DNA of 64,000 nt from NCBI GenBank assembly GCA_902560445.1, contig CACELO010000002.1, positions 66,468 through 130,467 of the forward strand. Direction: 5' to 3'. Shown here piece by piece: positions 1 through 9,930 of the stretch. Within the stretch, counting starts at the first letter, position 1. Each line of letters begins with the position of its first letter. Under the pieces are notes generated by a model. That model saw nothing but the letters and a program-made list of their open reading frames with translations. It made no database searches and was not told the DNA's origin. The DNA is from an uncultured Candidatus Poseidoniales archaeon (GTDB lineage: Archaea > Thermoplasmatota > Poseidoniia > Poseidoniales > Thalassarchaeaceae). Made by a program: the position numbers and the translations under genes.

Positions 1-5
1 CCAGT

Positions 6-956
6 TTGGATGAGGCAATTTCCATTTCTGAAGAGTTGGTATCCGAAAATCAAGAATTTGACTGGGTTGCTGGGGGAACTGACTTGCTTCCAAATTACAA
101 ATGGCACCTCAACGTCAAACCTAACGTGATTTCTCTTGCAAAGATAAGTGAATTAACAGAACTCAATGAGACTCATATTGGAGCCATGGTCAGGCTTCAT
201 GACCTAGTTCAATCAAGCGCTACACACCCAGTTCTTGCCAAAGCGGCTGATACGATTGCCAGTGTTATGGTCAGACGTTCTGGAACGGTGGGGGGTAATA
301 TTTGCCTTGATACTCGATGTTATTGGTTCAATCAAACCGAACAATGGAGAGAATCCATCGATTGGTGTCACAAATGTGATTGTGGAACAGAAGCAGATTG
401 TAGAGTGATTCCAAATCAAAATACACTCTGTGTGGCTACCTATCAAGCAGATCTCGCCCCAGTTCTAATGTGTCTCGGAGCAGTAATACACCTCGCTGGA
501 TCAAACGGTATCCGCTCGATGCCGCTTAGCGAATTTTTCCAACTTGATGGAATGACTCGTAATGTACTCCAACCCGGAGAATTAGTCACACACCTCACAC
601 TTCCAGAAGATGTTTCTGAATGGCATGGAGATTACCAGAAATTACGGCAACGTGAATCTTGGGATTTCCCAGAGGCTGGAGTCGCCGCTGTTTGGAAGAA
701 AAATGGAACCACAAAACCAACCGAACTCAAGGTGGCAACAACTGGACTGGAATCTATTCCAATGCTTCATACAAAAGAGGTTGACTCCTGCCTAAATGGT
801 TGGTCCGGTGCAGAATCAATTAACGAGTTAGCCGAATCTATTAGAAAATCTGTGAAGCCCGTTCAAAACACATGGTTCTCACCTTCCTACAGAAGAAAAA
901 TGGTGAAGGTGTTAACACGGCGAGCTTGCGCCGGATTGGTGGAGGGAGACTCTTGA
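6..956 (+). CDS. FAD-binding subunit of a molybdopterin (xanthine/CO) dehydrogenase family enzyme (CoxM-like). Probably 5'-truncated by the window edge; carries a Cys-rich insertion.
   Basis: AGGTDLL FAD motif near the N-terminus. RSGTVGGNIC and ADLAPVL...PGELVTHLTLP blocks are typical of CoxM/XdhB medium subunits. The ORF begins on a TTG at the window edge. A 40-aa insert with 6 Cys (CYWFNQTEQWRESIDWCHKCDCGTEADC) lies between the conserved blocks. Confidence 0.7.
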   Translation: MDEAISISEELVSENQEFDWVAGGTDLLPNYKWHLNVKPNVISLAKISELTELNETHIGAMVRLHDLVQSSATHPVLAKAADTIASVMVRRSGTVGGNICLDTRCYWFNQTEQWRESIDWCHKCDCGTEADCRVIPNQNTLCVATYQADLAPVLMCLGAVIHLAGSNGIRSMPLSEFFQLDGMTRNVLQPGELVTHLTLPEDVSEWHGDYQKLRQRESWDFPEAGVAAVWKKNGTTKPTELKVATTGLESIPMLHTKEVDSCLNGWSGAESINELAESIRKSVKPVQNTWFSPSYRRKMVKVLTRRACAGLVEGDS

Positions 957-1894
957 GGCGAGAGATTTTACCGATTTTCCTCATCACAGCAATGATAATT
1001 GCAATAATCCCAAACTCCATGGCTCAACCGGAACCATCTCTAGGAAATTGGGAATTGGGAATAGAATATCCAGATGAAGATGAAAGCAACCCATTCATAG
1101 TCTCTGAAGCAGGCATGGCTTCGATTACGATGTTTGTCGATAACCAAGGTCTTCTTTCGGTAAAAGTCGCTTTTGAGTATGATTTCCCATTTGAAGCGGA
1201 AGTTATGGGTGCACCTGAAGACGCAACCATAGAGCCAGGAAATAACGACTCATTCACGATTATGATTCGTGGTATCGATGTCTACCAAATAGATGCTGGA
1301 AAGAAGGAAAGCTTCTCAATTACAGCGAATTTAGAAGAGAGGAATGGAATGCCAGTATTTATTCCTGAAAGTCAAGAAAAGATTGGAGACATTGAAATCC
1401 CAGAAATTTTCATGCTAAATGTTGAGATTGCTGACCCGGTTGGGCCGATGAACTCGGGAACTGATACAATACTCAAAGTCACTGTAACAAACGATGGGAA
1501 TTCTAGAGACAAAGTTCGCGAGTTAGAAGTTACTGACGATTGTCCATTGATGACCACTGACTCCGGGCTTGATGCATTACTAACAAGAAACATAGAGAAA
1601 GGAGGAAGTACTACCGCAGACCTCAAAGTAACAGCATCGGACAGTCATCCACAAAGAAATTGTCGCGTTGAGGTGACGGTTGCATCCGATGGTGCAGATG
1701 GAAGCCAGCTCTCAACTGACTTTACACGAATAACCGTTGAACGACCACCAACAAATACCCAAGACCCCGATGATTCTGATGACCCAGAAGACCCTGTAGA
1801 AGTGGTCACATCAAATCTCCCAGCACCCGGAATAATGGTCATACTTAGTTCGTTAATTGGCGCCTTATTTTTGAACCCTGAAAGAAGACAATAA
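872..1894 (+). CDS. Secreted, acidic, cell-surface protein with an N-terminal signal/TM and a C-terminal Pro/Asp-rich linker plus hydrophobic anchor (variant PGF-CTERM-like). True start is probably downstream of 872 (TTG near 953 or an ATG further on).
   Basis: N-terminal hydrophobic stretch ILPIFLITAMIIAIIPNSMAQP. C-terminal DPDDSDDPEDPVEVVTSNLPAPGIMVILSSLIGALFLNPERRQ. The ORF overlaps the previous gene's stop by 85 nt as drawn. Confidence 0.55.
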   Translation: MVLTFLQKKNGEGVNTASLRRIGGGRLLRREILPIFLITAMIIAIIPNSMAQPEPSLGNWELGIEYPDEDESNPFIVSEAGMASITMFVDNQGLLSVKVAFEYDFPFEAEVMGAPEDATIEPGNNDSFTIMIRGIDVYQIDAGKKESFSITANLEERNGMPVFIPESQEKIGDIEIPEIFMLNVEIADPVGPMNSGTDTILKVTVTNDGNSRDKVRELEVTDDCPLMTTDSGLDALLTRNIEKGGSTTADLKVTASDSHPQRNCRVEVTVASDGADGSQLSTDFTRITVERPPTNTQDPDDSDDPEDPVEVVTSNLPAPGIMVILSSLIGALFLNPERRQ

Positions 1895-1895
1895 T

Positions 1896-1914
1896 CGGGT
1901 TTTTTTATTCTAAT
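1896..1914 (+). terminator. Oligo-T tract immediately after the stop codon (archaeal-type intrinsic terminator candidate).
   Basis: TAA followed by TCGGGTTTTTTTATTC. Confidence 0.35.
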
Positions 1915-2085
1915 TATAATTCCTAAATCAATACACTGAGATAGTGCAATATGCACATCGGACCGTGGGTAATTCCCCCAATTGTGGTGCCCTGTAATCA
2001 ACAACATATATCTGTGAAATGAGGCTCGCGTGGAAGCGTAGGTGTCCCTAGCCTAGGCTAAATCTTTGAATGGAATGGAATTTAC

Positions 2086-3687
2086 ATGGCTGAAGATAAA
2101 TCAGAAGAGGAAAATTTCACCAGAATGGTGGTTGGCTCTTTAGCCATCACAATGGTACTTCTTTTGATCCTCCCCATGATTTTCGTTGCAGGAAAAGCAA
2201 CCTACTATTCTGCCTACACAGAAGGTGAAGGAGGAGAGATTAGTTCTCTCGCCCAAGTCACTGACATGAGAGAAACAATGGCTACTGATGAAGGCTATTT
2301 TATTGCAAACACAATGTCTACTCCAATGTTAGTAAATGATTGGAAAGATCCTCATCGAACGGCATTGATGATAATTGGACCAGAGAAGCCAATTGCTGAA
2401 ACTGAAGCTGATGCGATTTACGACTTTGTAACCAACAGAGGAGGTAAAGTAATCGTCGCCGCTGATGGAACAAATGCAAATCGATTGGCTGAGAAATTTG
2501 GTGTGACTTTCTTTGATTCTCCTCTAAATGATGAGAATCAGTTTTGGATGGAATATGAAGATGGGCAACCAACCGACGGATCCTGGTTAAACGTGTGGGG
2601 GCTTGCAGCTGTTTCAGAAGATGTCAACGATATGCCAAGTTCTTACCTACGGCAAGGATGCGTTGATACAGACGTCTTACAAGAAAATCGACTAAATTGT
2701 AGACTTCCGGTCATGTTCCGTTCCCCCACTGGAATGAAATTCGAGCCTCTACCAGAAGATGATCCAAGTCAAGCATCAGAGAATCAAAGGCAAGTGAAAA
2801 TACTCTCTACTGCTTCTCCATCTGCATTTATTGATGTACAGGGGAACGGTCTTGCAGACGACCAGAGAAATCCAGCACCTGGCGATCTAGCCCTAATCGT
2901 CAGAATCGACTATCCTGAAATTACTACCTTCGACAAGGTTAGCGCTGGTTCTGGAGGATTGGTGGGGGGAAATACCAGAGAACTGCAGGTTACAGGCAGC
3001 ATTGTATTTGTGTCCGATGAGGAGGCTTTCTCAAACCGATTGTGGAGTCTCGATGTGGCGATAGAAAACGACATGAGTTCTTCCTGCGAACAGCAAGCTA
3101 ACAACTGCTGGTTAAACACAGTTAGAGAAACATATTGGCAAGGTAACGAAGAATACTTTTCGCTTCTTATTGATGACATGATGGAACATGATAATAAGAA
3201 GATGGCTAAATCTATTCGTGACGATAAAAGTCAATTTCAGGTTGTCTTTGACGAAAGCCGACACGTTACCGGAATCATATCTGCTCCATTCGTAGAAACC
3301 ATGGGGACCGTTGTACTCCTGACTTCCAATACATTCCTCAAGTGGCTGGTGGTTCTGAATGTTGGATTACTATTGCTTGTTGCGATGATGGTAGTTCCTG
3401 AAAAAGAAAACTGGCGCCATATTTTCGATCTTACGCGATTCAAAGAAAGACCGAATAAATTGGATCCTACATCTTATCGAGAAAGGGTGCAAAAAGCACT
3501 GTTCACGAAAGTTAGAGTTCATTACGACCTAACTAGAGACCAGATGGCGATTAAACCGCCAGCTGAGGTTCAGACGATGATAGGAGATCCGAGACTCGTC
3601 GAACTGGCATATAGCCAAAGCAGAAAATATACTCCCCAAGAATTACGCCAACTAATGGTGGCCATAAGACGATGGGGTAAAAACTGA
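2086..3687 (+). CDS. Membrane protein with a large extracytoplasmic domain, DUF4350-like (GldG/ABC-type 'uncharacterized transport' fold). First gene of the MoxR operon.
   Basis: N-terminal and C-terminal TM helices. ALMIIGPEKPIAETEADAIYDFVTNRGGKVIVAADGT resembles the DUF4350 core. Sits directly upstream of MoxR and DUF58 with 26-nt and 39-nt gaps and GGAG RBSs. Confidence 0.5.
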   Translation: MAEDKSEEENFTRMVVGSLAITMVLLLILPMIFVAGKATYYSAYTEGEGGEISSLAQVTDMRETMATDEGYFIANTMSTPMLVNDWKDPHRTALMIIGPEKPIAETEADAIYDFVTNRGGKVIVAADGTNANRLAEKFGVTFFDSPLNDENQFWMEYEDGQPTDGSWLNVWGLAAVSEDVNDMPSSYLRQGCVDTDVLQENRLNCRLPVMFRSPTGMKFEPLPEDDPSQASENQRQVKILSTASPSAFIDVQGNGLADDQRNPAPGDLALIVRIDYPEITTFDKVSAGSGGLVGGNTRELQVTGSIVFVSDEEAFSNRLWSLDVAIENDMSSSCEQQANNCWLNTVRETYWQGNEEYFSLLIDDMMEHDNKKMAKSIRDDKSQFQVVFDESRHVTGIISAPFVETMGTVVLLTSNTFLKWLVVLNVGLLLLVAMMVVPEKENWRHIFDLTRFKERPNKLDPTSYRERVQKALFTKVRVHYDLTRDQMAIKPPAEVQTMIGDPRLVELAYSQSRKYTPQELRQLMVAIRRWGKN

Positions 3688-3713
3688 AACAAACAGAAAG
3701 TGGAGAGAGAAAA

Positions 3714-4721
3714 ATGACTGAAGAAAAAGCTGCAACAAAAAAGAAGCCTAAGGGCGGCTCAAAAAAGATGAGTGACAAACTCGAAGCCGTCGGTGCAATC
3801 GGACAAGCGATTAGCACCGAGGTGCAGAAAGTAATCATCGGAAAGAGCCATGTTATCGACAATGTGTTGGTTAACATCCTGTCCAATGGTAACCTCTTAT
3901 TCGAGGATTACCCTGGACTTGCAAAGACCCTGATGACGAATACGTTCGCCGATGCACTCGGCTGTGATTTCAAGCGTGTACAATTTACACCTGATCTTCT
4001 ACCAGCCGACATCACAGGAACGAACATCTACGATGCAAAGAAAGGAGAGTTCTCTTTCAAGCCAGGACCGATTTTCTGCAATCTACTACTGTCTGACGAA
4101 ATTAACCGTGCGCCTCCAAAGACGCAAGCGGCACTTCTAGAAGCGATGCAAGAAAAGCAAGTTACTATCGGAACCGTAACTCACAAACTTCCAGCTCCAT
4201 TCCTGACAATGGCAACACAAAATCCAGTGGAACAGGAAGGAACTTACCCTTTACCAGAGGCTCAACTTGACCGATTTATGTTCAAGATGAGTGTTGGATA
4301 TCCAGATCGTGCAGATGAGGATGAAATTCTCGCACGACGTATTGCTCGAAAGAAGGACGATGTAGAAGTAGAGACAATTACCGATCCTGCTCGTGTGGTC
4401 GCTATGCAGACCGCGATTGAGGATGTCTTTGTCGACCCTGCAGTTCGAATGTATATGGTTGAGATTGTTTCTCGAACCCGTGAAGACCCAAGAGTTCTCG
4501 TCGGGTCATCACCACGTGGTTCACAGGCTCTTCTAAAGACAAGTCGGTCCGCTGCTGCTATGCGTGGACGTGACTTTGTTACACCTGATGATGTTAAGTC
4601 AGTTGCAACCCTAGCGGTAGCTCACCGATTAATCCTCAAACCTGAGCACCAGATTAAGGGTCTCGAGACTGATGAAGTAATCTCGGATATCCTACGTCAG
4701 GTACCAGTGCCAACAGTTTGA
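3714..4721 (+). CDS. moxR: MoxR-family AAA+ ATPase
   Basis: LFEDYPGLAKTLMTNTFADALG (Walker A-like GxxKT), LLSDEINRAPPKTQAALLEAMQEKQVTIG (MoxR sensor/arginine region), length 335 aa. Confidence 0.9.
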   Translation: MTEEKAATKKKPKGGSKKMSDKLEAVGAIGQAISTEVQKVIIGKSHVIDNVLVNILSNGNLLFEDYPGLAKTLMTNTFADALGCDFKRVQFTPDLLPADITGTNIYDAKKGEFSFKPGPIFCNLLLSDEINRAPPKTQAALLEAMQEKQVTIGTVTHKLPAPFLTMATQNPVEQEGTYPLPEAQLDRFMFKMSVGYPDRADEDEILARRIARKKDDVEVETITDPARVVAMQTAIEDVFVDPAVRMYMVEIVSRTREDPRVLVGSSPRGSQALLKTSRSAAAMRGRDFVTPDDVKSVATLAVAHRLILKPEHQIKGLETDEVISDILRQVPVPTV

Positions 4722-4760
4722 GGGCATTGATCAGATTTAGCAAAAGGAGGTATTAGCCCG

Positions 4761-6077
4761 ATGGCATGGAGCAGAAAATCAGCCATGTTTGCCGCCCTTG
4801 CGGTAGCCATGTATCTGCTCGGATTGGTGTTGAGAAATCAGCAACTGGTCACAGTCGCCGTTGTTCTACTATCTTTCCTTACCTATGCTGCATTCCGAAC
4901 AACCCATGCCGACGTTGCTTCTAGTGGACGTCGCTTGGAAGATGCAGACGCTGATTCAGGAGTTGCACTACAATCAATTGTTGCAATGCGAAAACTATCC
5001 TCTGCGAGAGTTTTCGAGGACGGTGAAATTGATGTTACCCTTAGGATTCAGAACCGATCATCTCTCCCCAAGGTTCTAGAGGTCCGAGACAGAGTCCCTG
5101 AAGTTATGCGAATAAAGAAAGGAGCAAATTATGTTCTGATGGAATTGGGTGGAAGGAAAGAAACTGAAATATCCTATACTATTGAGACTCCTCTAAGAGG
5201 ATTCTATACAATTGGTCCCGTTTGTGTCAGAGTACAAGATGCCTTCGGATTATTCCACAATGAAAGGGAAATTCAACTCTACGACGATTTCCTTGTATTC
5301 CCCAAGATGGAAGATATCAAGGATGCGTTGATCAAGAGTAGAGTTCCAAAAATCTTCACAGGTGCCGTGAATATTCGTAACCCTGGTGAAGGCACGAATT
5401 TCTACAACCTGCGCGAGTACATCCCAGGAGATCCAATGAAGAAGGTAAACTGGAAGGCTTGGGCTAGGTCTGGAAAGATGATGGTAAACGAGTTTGAACG
5501 TGACGCGGTTAGCGACATAATTCTAATCATCGATAGTCGATCTGTATCTGAAACTGGTCCAGTAAGTCGGAATTCCTTGGTTTATAGTACAAGAGCAGCT
5601 GCAAGTCTTGCACAGTATTTCTTGTCTCGGAGAGACTCAGTTGGTTTGGTGACTTATGGTGACGAAATCGTGTCAATTGACCGAGATACTGGGAAGAAAC
5701 AATTGTACGTTATTTTGACAAAGTTAGCCGGCGCCATGGCAAAGGGTAACACACCTCTGAAAGTGGTGACAAATCGTATTCTCCCTCACATCAATCGTGG
5801 AAGTCCAATTATTATTCTAAGTCCATTAGAAGATGACCCAACTGTGATTGACGCAGTAAGAGACCTTAGAGCTAGGAACTTCGACGTAACCATACTATCT
5901 CCATCTAGCCTCGAATTCGAGTTCGATGCCAGAAGACTTGATCGTACTGGGTATGAAGTTCTCAAGACTGAGCGAGATATCCTAATCAGTGAATTGCGTG
6001 GATTAGGAGCTAATGTTATGGATTGGGAACCAGACATGATGCTCGTAACTGCATTAGCCGGAGCAAGAGGATTCTAG
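4761..6077 (+). CDS. DUF58-domain protein (the vWA-like partner of MoxR)
   Basis: NFYNLREYIPGDPMKKVNWKAWARSGKMMVNEFE is the DUF58 signature. N-terminal TM helices. AGGAGGT RBS 6 nt upstream. Confidence 0.85.
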   Translation: MAWSRKSAMFAALAVAMYLLGLVLRNQQLVTVAVVLLSFLTYAAFRTTHADVASSGRRLEDADADSGVALQSIVAMRKLSSARVFEDGEIDVTLRIQNRSSLPKVLEVRDRVPEVMRIKKGANYVLMELGGRKETEISYTIETPLRGFYTIGPVCVRVQDAFGLFHNEREIQLYDDFLVFPKMEDIKDALIKSRVPKIFTGAVNIRNPGEGTNFYNLREYIPGDPMKKVNWKAWARSGKMMVNEFERDAVSDIILIIDSRSVSETGPVSRNSLVYSTRAAASLAQYFLSRRDSVGLVTYGDEIVSIDRDTGKKQLYVILTKLAGAMAKGNTPLKVVTNRILPHINRGSPIIILSPLEDDPTVIDAVRDLRARNFDVTILSPSSLEFEFDARRLDRTGYEVLKTERDILISELRGLGANVMDWEPDMMLVTALAGARGF

Positions 6078-7027
6078 GAGGTGAAATCATCGCGGACGAA
6101 GTCAAAACAGAGGGATCTTCAGATACCTCCCACCTTTATGATGGAAAGACCGTTAGGTCATCCGCGCCAAGCAGAAAAAAGGCTGCAGGTCGACTAAAGT
6201 CGAGCACTGATATCCCTAAAGATGCAATTCCAGAAGTACATGTGCCATCTTGGATTGAGTCTTTCTTCGGAGGACCAATTGTATCTTCGATGAAGTTCCT
6301 CCCAGCTAATCGAACTGTGACTAATTTACAGGTGAGCTCAGCGGGATGTCTAGTACTTCTAACAGCGCTTACCCTACTATTCACTCCGGTATCTGGAACC
6401 GCTTGGTTTGCTATAGCAAATTTAATTGGAATTCCATTAGTTGGAGGGGTTATTCACATCCTCATCATGATTATTGGTGCTATTGGAGGAGCATATGGTA
6501 TCTTCCAGCGTGACCAGAGGGCTTTGTTAGTCTCTTACGTTGCAATGCTACTTGTAACCCTGAGATTCGCAGGAAGCAAAGTAGAATTCGGATTTAACCT
6601 ACTACCTGAGCAAGAGATTCTACAGAAGGTGCTGCTAATTGCCTACGCAGTTTTCCTAGTCATGTACTTCGAATTAACCAACGGAATTATTCGATTTTCA
6701 ATGTTGGATACTTCAATTAGAACTGGAGAAGTCTACGTTATGGGAGAAGGTAAAATCATCAGGCAATATTACCGAGCGATTGGAATTACTCCAGTTGTTG
6801 CAGGAATAGTAGCCTTGCTAACCCTTCTCATCAACCTAATTATTCCTGCGATGGTCGATATATTCGATAGCGTTCAGGCAAATAGATTGAGAGAGTCGGT
6901 GGAATTAACTTCGGTGTACGGTGTAGCGCTCGGAACAGCCATGGTGTTCACGGTTATCGCAGCCGCATTTGCAGTAAACCTACCTCTACGACTACAACAA
7001 ATACAAGAAGGCCGAGCAAACAAGTAG
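6023..7027 (+). CDS. Polytopic membrane protein of unknown function, last gene of the MoxR/DUF58 operon. The start is probably an internal Met, because 6023 overlaps the DUF58 gene by 55 nt.
   Basis: At least 6 predicted TM helices (LVLLTALTLLF, IGIPLVGGVIHILIMIIGAIGGAY, LLIAYAVFLVMYF, VVAGIVALLTLLINLIIP, ALGTAMVFTVIAAAFAV). Confidence 0.5.
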   Translation: MGTRHDARNCISRSKRILGGEIIADEVKTEGSSDTSHLYDGKTVRSSAPSRKKAAGRLKSSTDIPKDAIPEVHVPSWIESFFGGPIVSSMKFLPANRTVTNLQVSSAGCLVLLTALTLLFTPVSGTAWFAIANLIGIPLVGGVIHILIMIIGAIGGAYGIFQRDQRALLVSYVAMLLVTLRFAGSKVEFGFNLLPEQEILQKVLLIAYAVFLVMYFELTNGIIRFSMLDTSIRTGEVYVMGEGKIIRQYYRAIGITPVVAGIVALLTLLINLIIPAMVDIFDSVQANRLRESVELTSVYGVALGTAMVFTVIAAAFAVNLPLRLQQIQEGRANK

Positions 7028-7036
7028 GCCCCTAAT

Positions 7037-8140
7037 CTACTCTGGATTTAGGAATCCACCAATCATCCCCAGGTCTGCTACAACCAATCTAGCGATAGCT
7101 CTGACAACTGGAACCGCCCGAGGTCCCAATACAGGGTCATGCCTTCCACCGACTCGTAGTGGGCGTTTTTCTCCACTAGGGAGGTGTAGAGTCGATTGTT
7201 CACGGGATATACTACTTGGTGGTTTGAAGTGGATGACGACTCGAATTGGAGCACCGGTTGACCTACCACCGAGTGCACCATCTGCTTGAGCTGATTCTGA
7301 ACCTTCTAACTCGGGTTTATCCCCATCAAAATGCCATGTATCATTATGCTCGGAGCCTCTCATCTTTGATGCTTTAACCCCTCTAGAGAATTCAACAGCA
7401 CGAGCACCAGGAATCGCCATCATACCTCGCGCTAGAGCCGGTTCTAGGCCATCAAACCAAGGCTCACCTACGCCTATTGGTAATCCTTCGATTATACACT
7501 CAACACTCGATCCGACCGAGTCTTGTTCCATCCTAACTTCTTCGATAAAGTTCGAGAATAATTCAGCTGCCTCTGAATCCAGGCAATTCAACCGGGCCAT
7601 TGTCGAACCTTCGGGAGGTTCTCTTTCTCTATCTAGTTGGAACAATGGTTTAGCATGTAAATCACCAACACTATGTAAATGAGTATCAACTCTCCAGCCA
7701 GCCTGATTCAATAACCCCCTTAATTGGCTTGCTGCAGTTACTAATCCGTAGGTCAATCTAGCTGATTGAGAGCCCCCTCCTCTCAAGTCTGCTGCGCCAT
7801 CTGTACGAACCATTTCTGGAAGGTCGGCATGTCCCGGACGTGGTTGATCAGGGAGGAAACTGTAATCCTTGGATTTAGCATCAGAATTCCAAGTAAGTAA
7901 TACAATTGGCCAACCTGTTGCCTTACCTTCATGAACTCCTGAAAGAATCTCACAATCGTCCGATTCAGTACGCCTACTGAGGCCTTTTCTCCCAGGCTTT
8001 CTCTTTGCAATGTCCTCGTTTAATGCCTGTAAATCGATTTCTGTTCCTGCAGGAATACCTTCGACCAATGCGCCTACGCATCTACCGTGACTTTCTCCGA
8101 AGAGAGTCACACGAACCGAATCTCCTAATCTCATTCCCAT
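7037..8140 (-). CDS. aroC: Chorismate synthase
   Basis: MRLGDSVRVTLFGESHGRCVGALVEGIPAG N-terminal signature and overall length. Confidence 0.9.
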   Translation of the reverse strand: MGMRLGDSVRVTLFGESHGRCVGALVEGIPAGTEIDLQALNEDIAKRKPGRKGLSRRTESDDCEILSGVHEGKATGWPIVLLTWNSDAKSKDYSFLPDQPRPGHADLPEMVRTDGAADLRGGGSQSARLTYGLVTAASQLRGLLNQAGWRVDTHLHSVGDLHAKPLFQLDREREPPEGSTMARLNCLDSEAAELFSNFIEEVRMEQDSVGSSVECIIEGLPIGVGEPWFDGLEPALARGMMAIPGARAVEFSRGVKASKMRGSEHNDTWHFDGDKPELEGSESAQADGALGGRSTGAPIRVVIHFKPPSSISREQSTLHLPSGEKRPLRVGGRHDPVLGPRAVPVVRAIARLVVADLGMIGGFLNPE

Positions 8141-8994
8141 TCATCTCTCTCCCAATGAAGGTCAACACCATGATGAGTTCGTGTGTGGATGAATTCAAAC
8201 CCTTTAGATTTGATATGTTCCTTCACCAACTCTGCCTGCTCTGCCTCACAAAGAACTGCGATTGCTGGTCCAGAACCCGAGATCGCAGCAGGGCAACCAA
8301 ATAGAATCTCGATATCTTCACAAATTTGTAATGCCTCCTGATCATTCAAGGCCTCAGCGACCGCTTGTCCATTCATCCTAAAGGCATTGATTGGAGAGCC
8401 ATTCGTTAATTGCAAAACAATTTGTTCAAACCTTGTACGAATGTTCTCAAATGATTGTATTTCGACTACTCCCTTTCGCATATCTCTTAGTACAATTATT
8501 ACTTCCTTTTCAGGAAATTCAATTTGTTGTAATAATCCAGTTCCACTTGCATTTGAGTCAACTATCCAGGTAGCAGGAAAGTTAGCAACTGCGATGTCGT
8601 CTTTACCCCCTGAGATACTACAACCAGCCTTTATTTGAATTGCTGAAATAAGATTAAATGTCACATTGTCGCTAAGAATTACAGAATTACCCGTAGATAA
8701 TGCATTAACCGCAGCCATCAATAATGCTGAACTAGATTTCAGTCCCATACCGTTTGGTATATCCGACTTAACAAGCCATCCAATTTGTCCTGAGGGAAGT
8801 GGTAAATCTCGTTCTTTCCAAGCCTCTAGGAGTAGTTGAAGTAATCTGTGTTCATCTCCCTCAGGGATTAATCTACCTTCCACTAAGCCAACATGCGTCC
8901 AAAGATCAATCGGCGTTGAACTACCATTTCCACATCCAAGAGCATGTAGGAGACTGATTCCACCATGAGCTCGACCAGAACCGTAGACTTTCAT
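8131..8994 (-). CDS. aroK: Archaeal-type shikimate kinase (GHMP kinase family)
   Basis: GHMP motif IPNGMGLKSSSALLMA. Sits between DHQ synthase II and chorismate synthase. Confidence 0.7.
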   Translation of the reverse strand: MKVYGSGRAHGGISLLHALGCGNGSSTPIDLWTHVGLVEGRLIPEGDEHRLLQLLLEAWKERDLPLPSGQIGWLVKSDIPNGMGLKSSSALLMAAVNALSTGNSVILSDNVTFNLISAIQIKAGCSISGGKDDIAVANFPATWIVDSNASGTGLLQQIEFPEKEVIIVLRDMRKGVVEIQSFENIRTRFEQIVLQLTNGSPINAFRMNGQAVAEALNDQEALQICEDIEILFGCPAAISGSGPAIAVLCEAEQAELVKEHIKSKGFEFIHTRTHHGVDLHWERDEWE

Positions 8995-9926
8995 CTTTCA
9001 TTCATCTCCCCTGCGAGTTCTCGGCCAATGTGTCGCATACCCGAGGAAAGTCGTACAGCAATTTTGTCTCCATCCTGTATTGAGGTGACGCTGATGTTTC
9101 CTTCTTCATTGATGAATCGAACAGTTTCGGCCTGTTGTACTAACACTTGTGCCGATTGATTATCACAATCAAATCTGATTAAAAGAAACGGCCTTCTTTC
9201 GATTTTCAAGCGGCCGATAGTAGCGCTACGGGTTTCTCCTGAGAAGTTTGCGATTGCTACCTGATCTCCTGAGGTCAATTCGCTGAGATATTTAGTTGAG
9301 CCGTTAGCCATCAAGCAGTAGGCGTGAACTGCCCCCGCATTAATACGAAATGGCCTAGAAGGAACAAATTCGGAGGGAATGGTTTCTCCATGAATCAAAA
9401 CTAATGCATTTGCAGAAGACCCGATTAGCATACCTTCTCCATCGGTTAGCCTCTCTGTCAAATCAATACAGATTCGTTCCCCCACACCTCCCGATTCTAT
9501 GTTAGTAACATTCCCTAAAACAAATGATTCAGTTACATTTCCACTTTCAGGTTGAACTGAATTCCTTTGTCCAGATATCTCCTCTGCGGCATTCCACAAT
9601 TCTTCATCAGCATGAAGCAATAATGCATCCACTCCATGTTGCAGTGCGAATGCAGCTCCGCTAAGATCTACGGTTTGTGAAATTGCAGCTGCAATTCTAG
9701 TTCCACTTCCTGCAGCTGCGGCTACAATGTTCTCCAAAGGAATCATTGTCCAATCCGAACATCGAACCAAAATCCAATCAATCATACCAACAAGTGAGAC
9801 TGCCTCGTCTTGGCCATAGAAATCATCCAAGTGAACTTCGGCCACATCGTAGTCTGAAGATTTCCAAACCCTATCTGCCCTAAGAGAAAAATCCGAGGAT
9901 TCTTCACTTTCAAGCCACAACTGCAA
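8991..9926 (-). CDS. aroB': 3-dehydroquinate synthase II (archaeal AroB')
   Basis: GMLIGSSANALVLIHGETIPSEFVPSRPFRINAGAVHAYCLMANGSTKYLSELTSGDQVAI closely matches the methanogen DHQS-II block. Confidence 0.85.
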   Translation of the reverse strand: MQLWLESEESSDFSLRADRVWKSSDYDVAEVHLDDFYGQDEAVSLVGMIDWILVRCSDWTMIPLENIVAAAAGSGTRIAAAISQTVDLSGAAFALQHGVDALLLHADEELWNAAEEISGQRNSVQPESGNVTESFVLGNVTNIESGGVGERICIDLTERLTDGEGMLIGSSANALVLIHGETIPSEFVPSRPFRINAGAVHAYCLMANGSTKYLSELTSGDQVAIANFSGETRSATIGRLKIERRPFLLIRFDCDNQSAQVLVQQAETVRFINEEGNISVTSIQDGDKIAVRLSSGMRHIGRELAGEMNER

Positions 9927-9930
9927 GTAA

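Noticed and set aside
8005-8304. 99-aa + strand ORF across the aroK/aroC junction
   Set aside because: Antisense to two well-supported genes; no conserved features.
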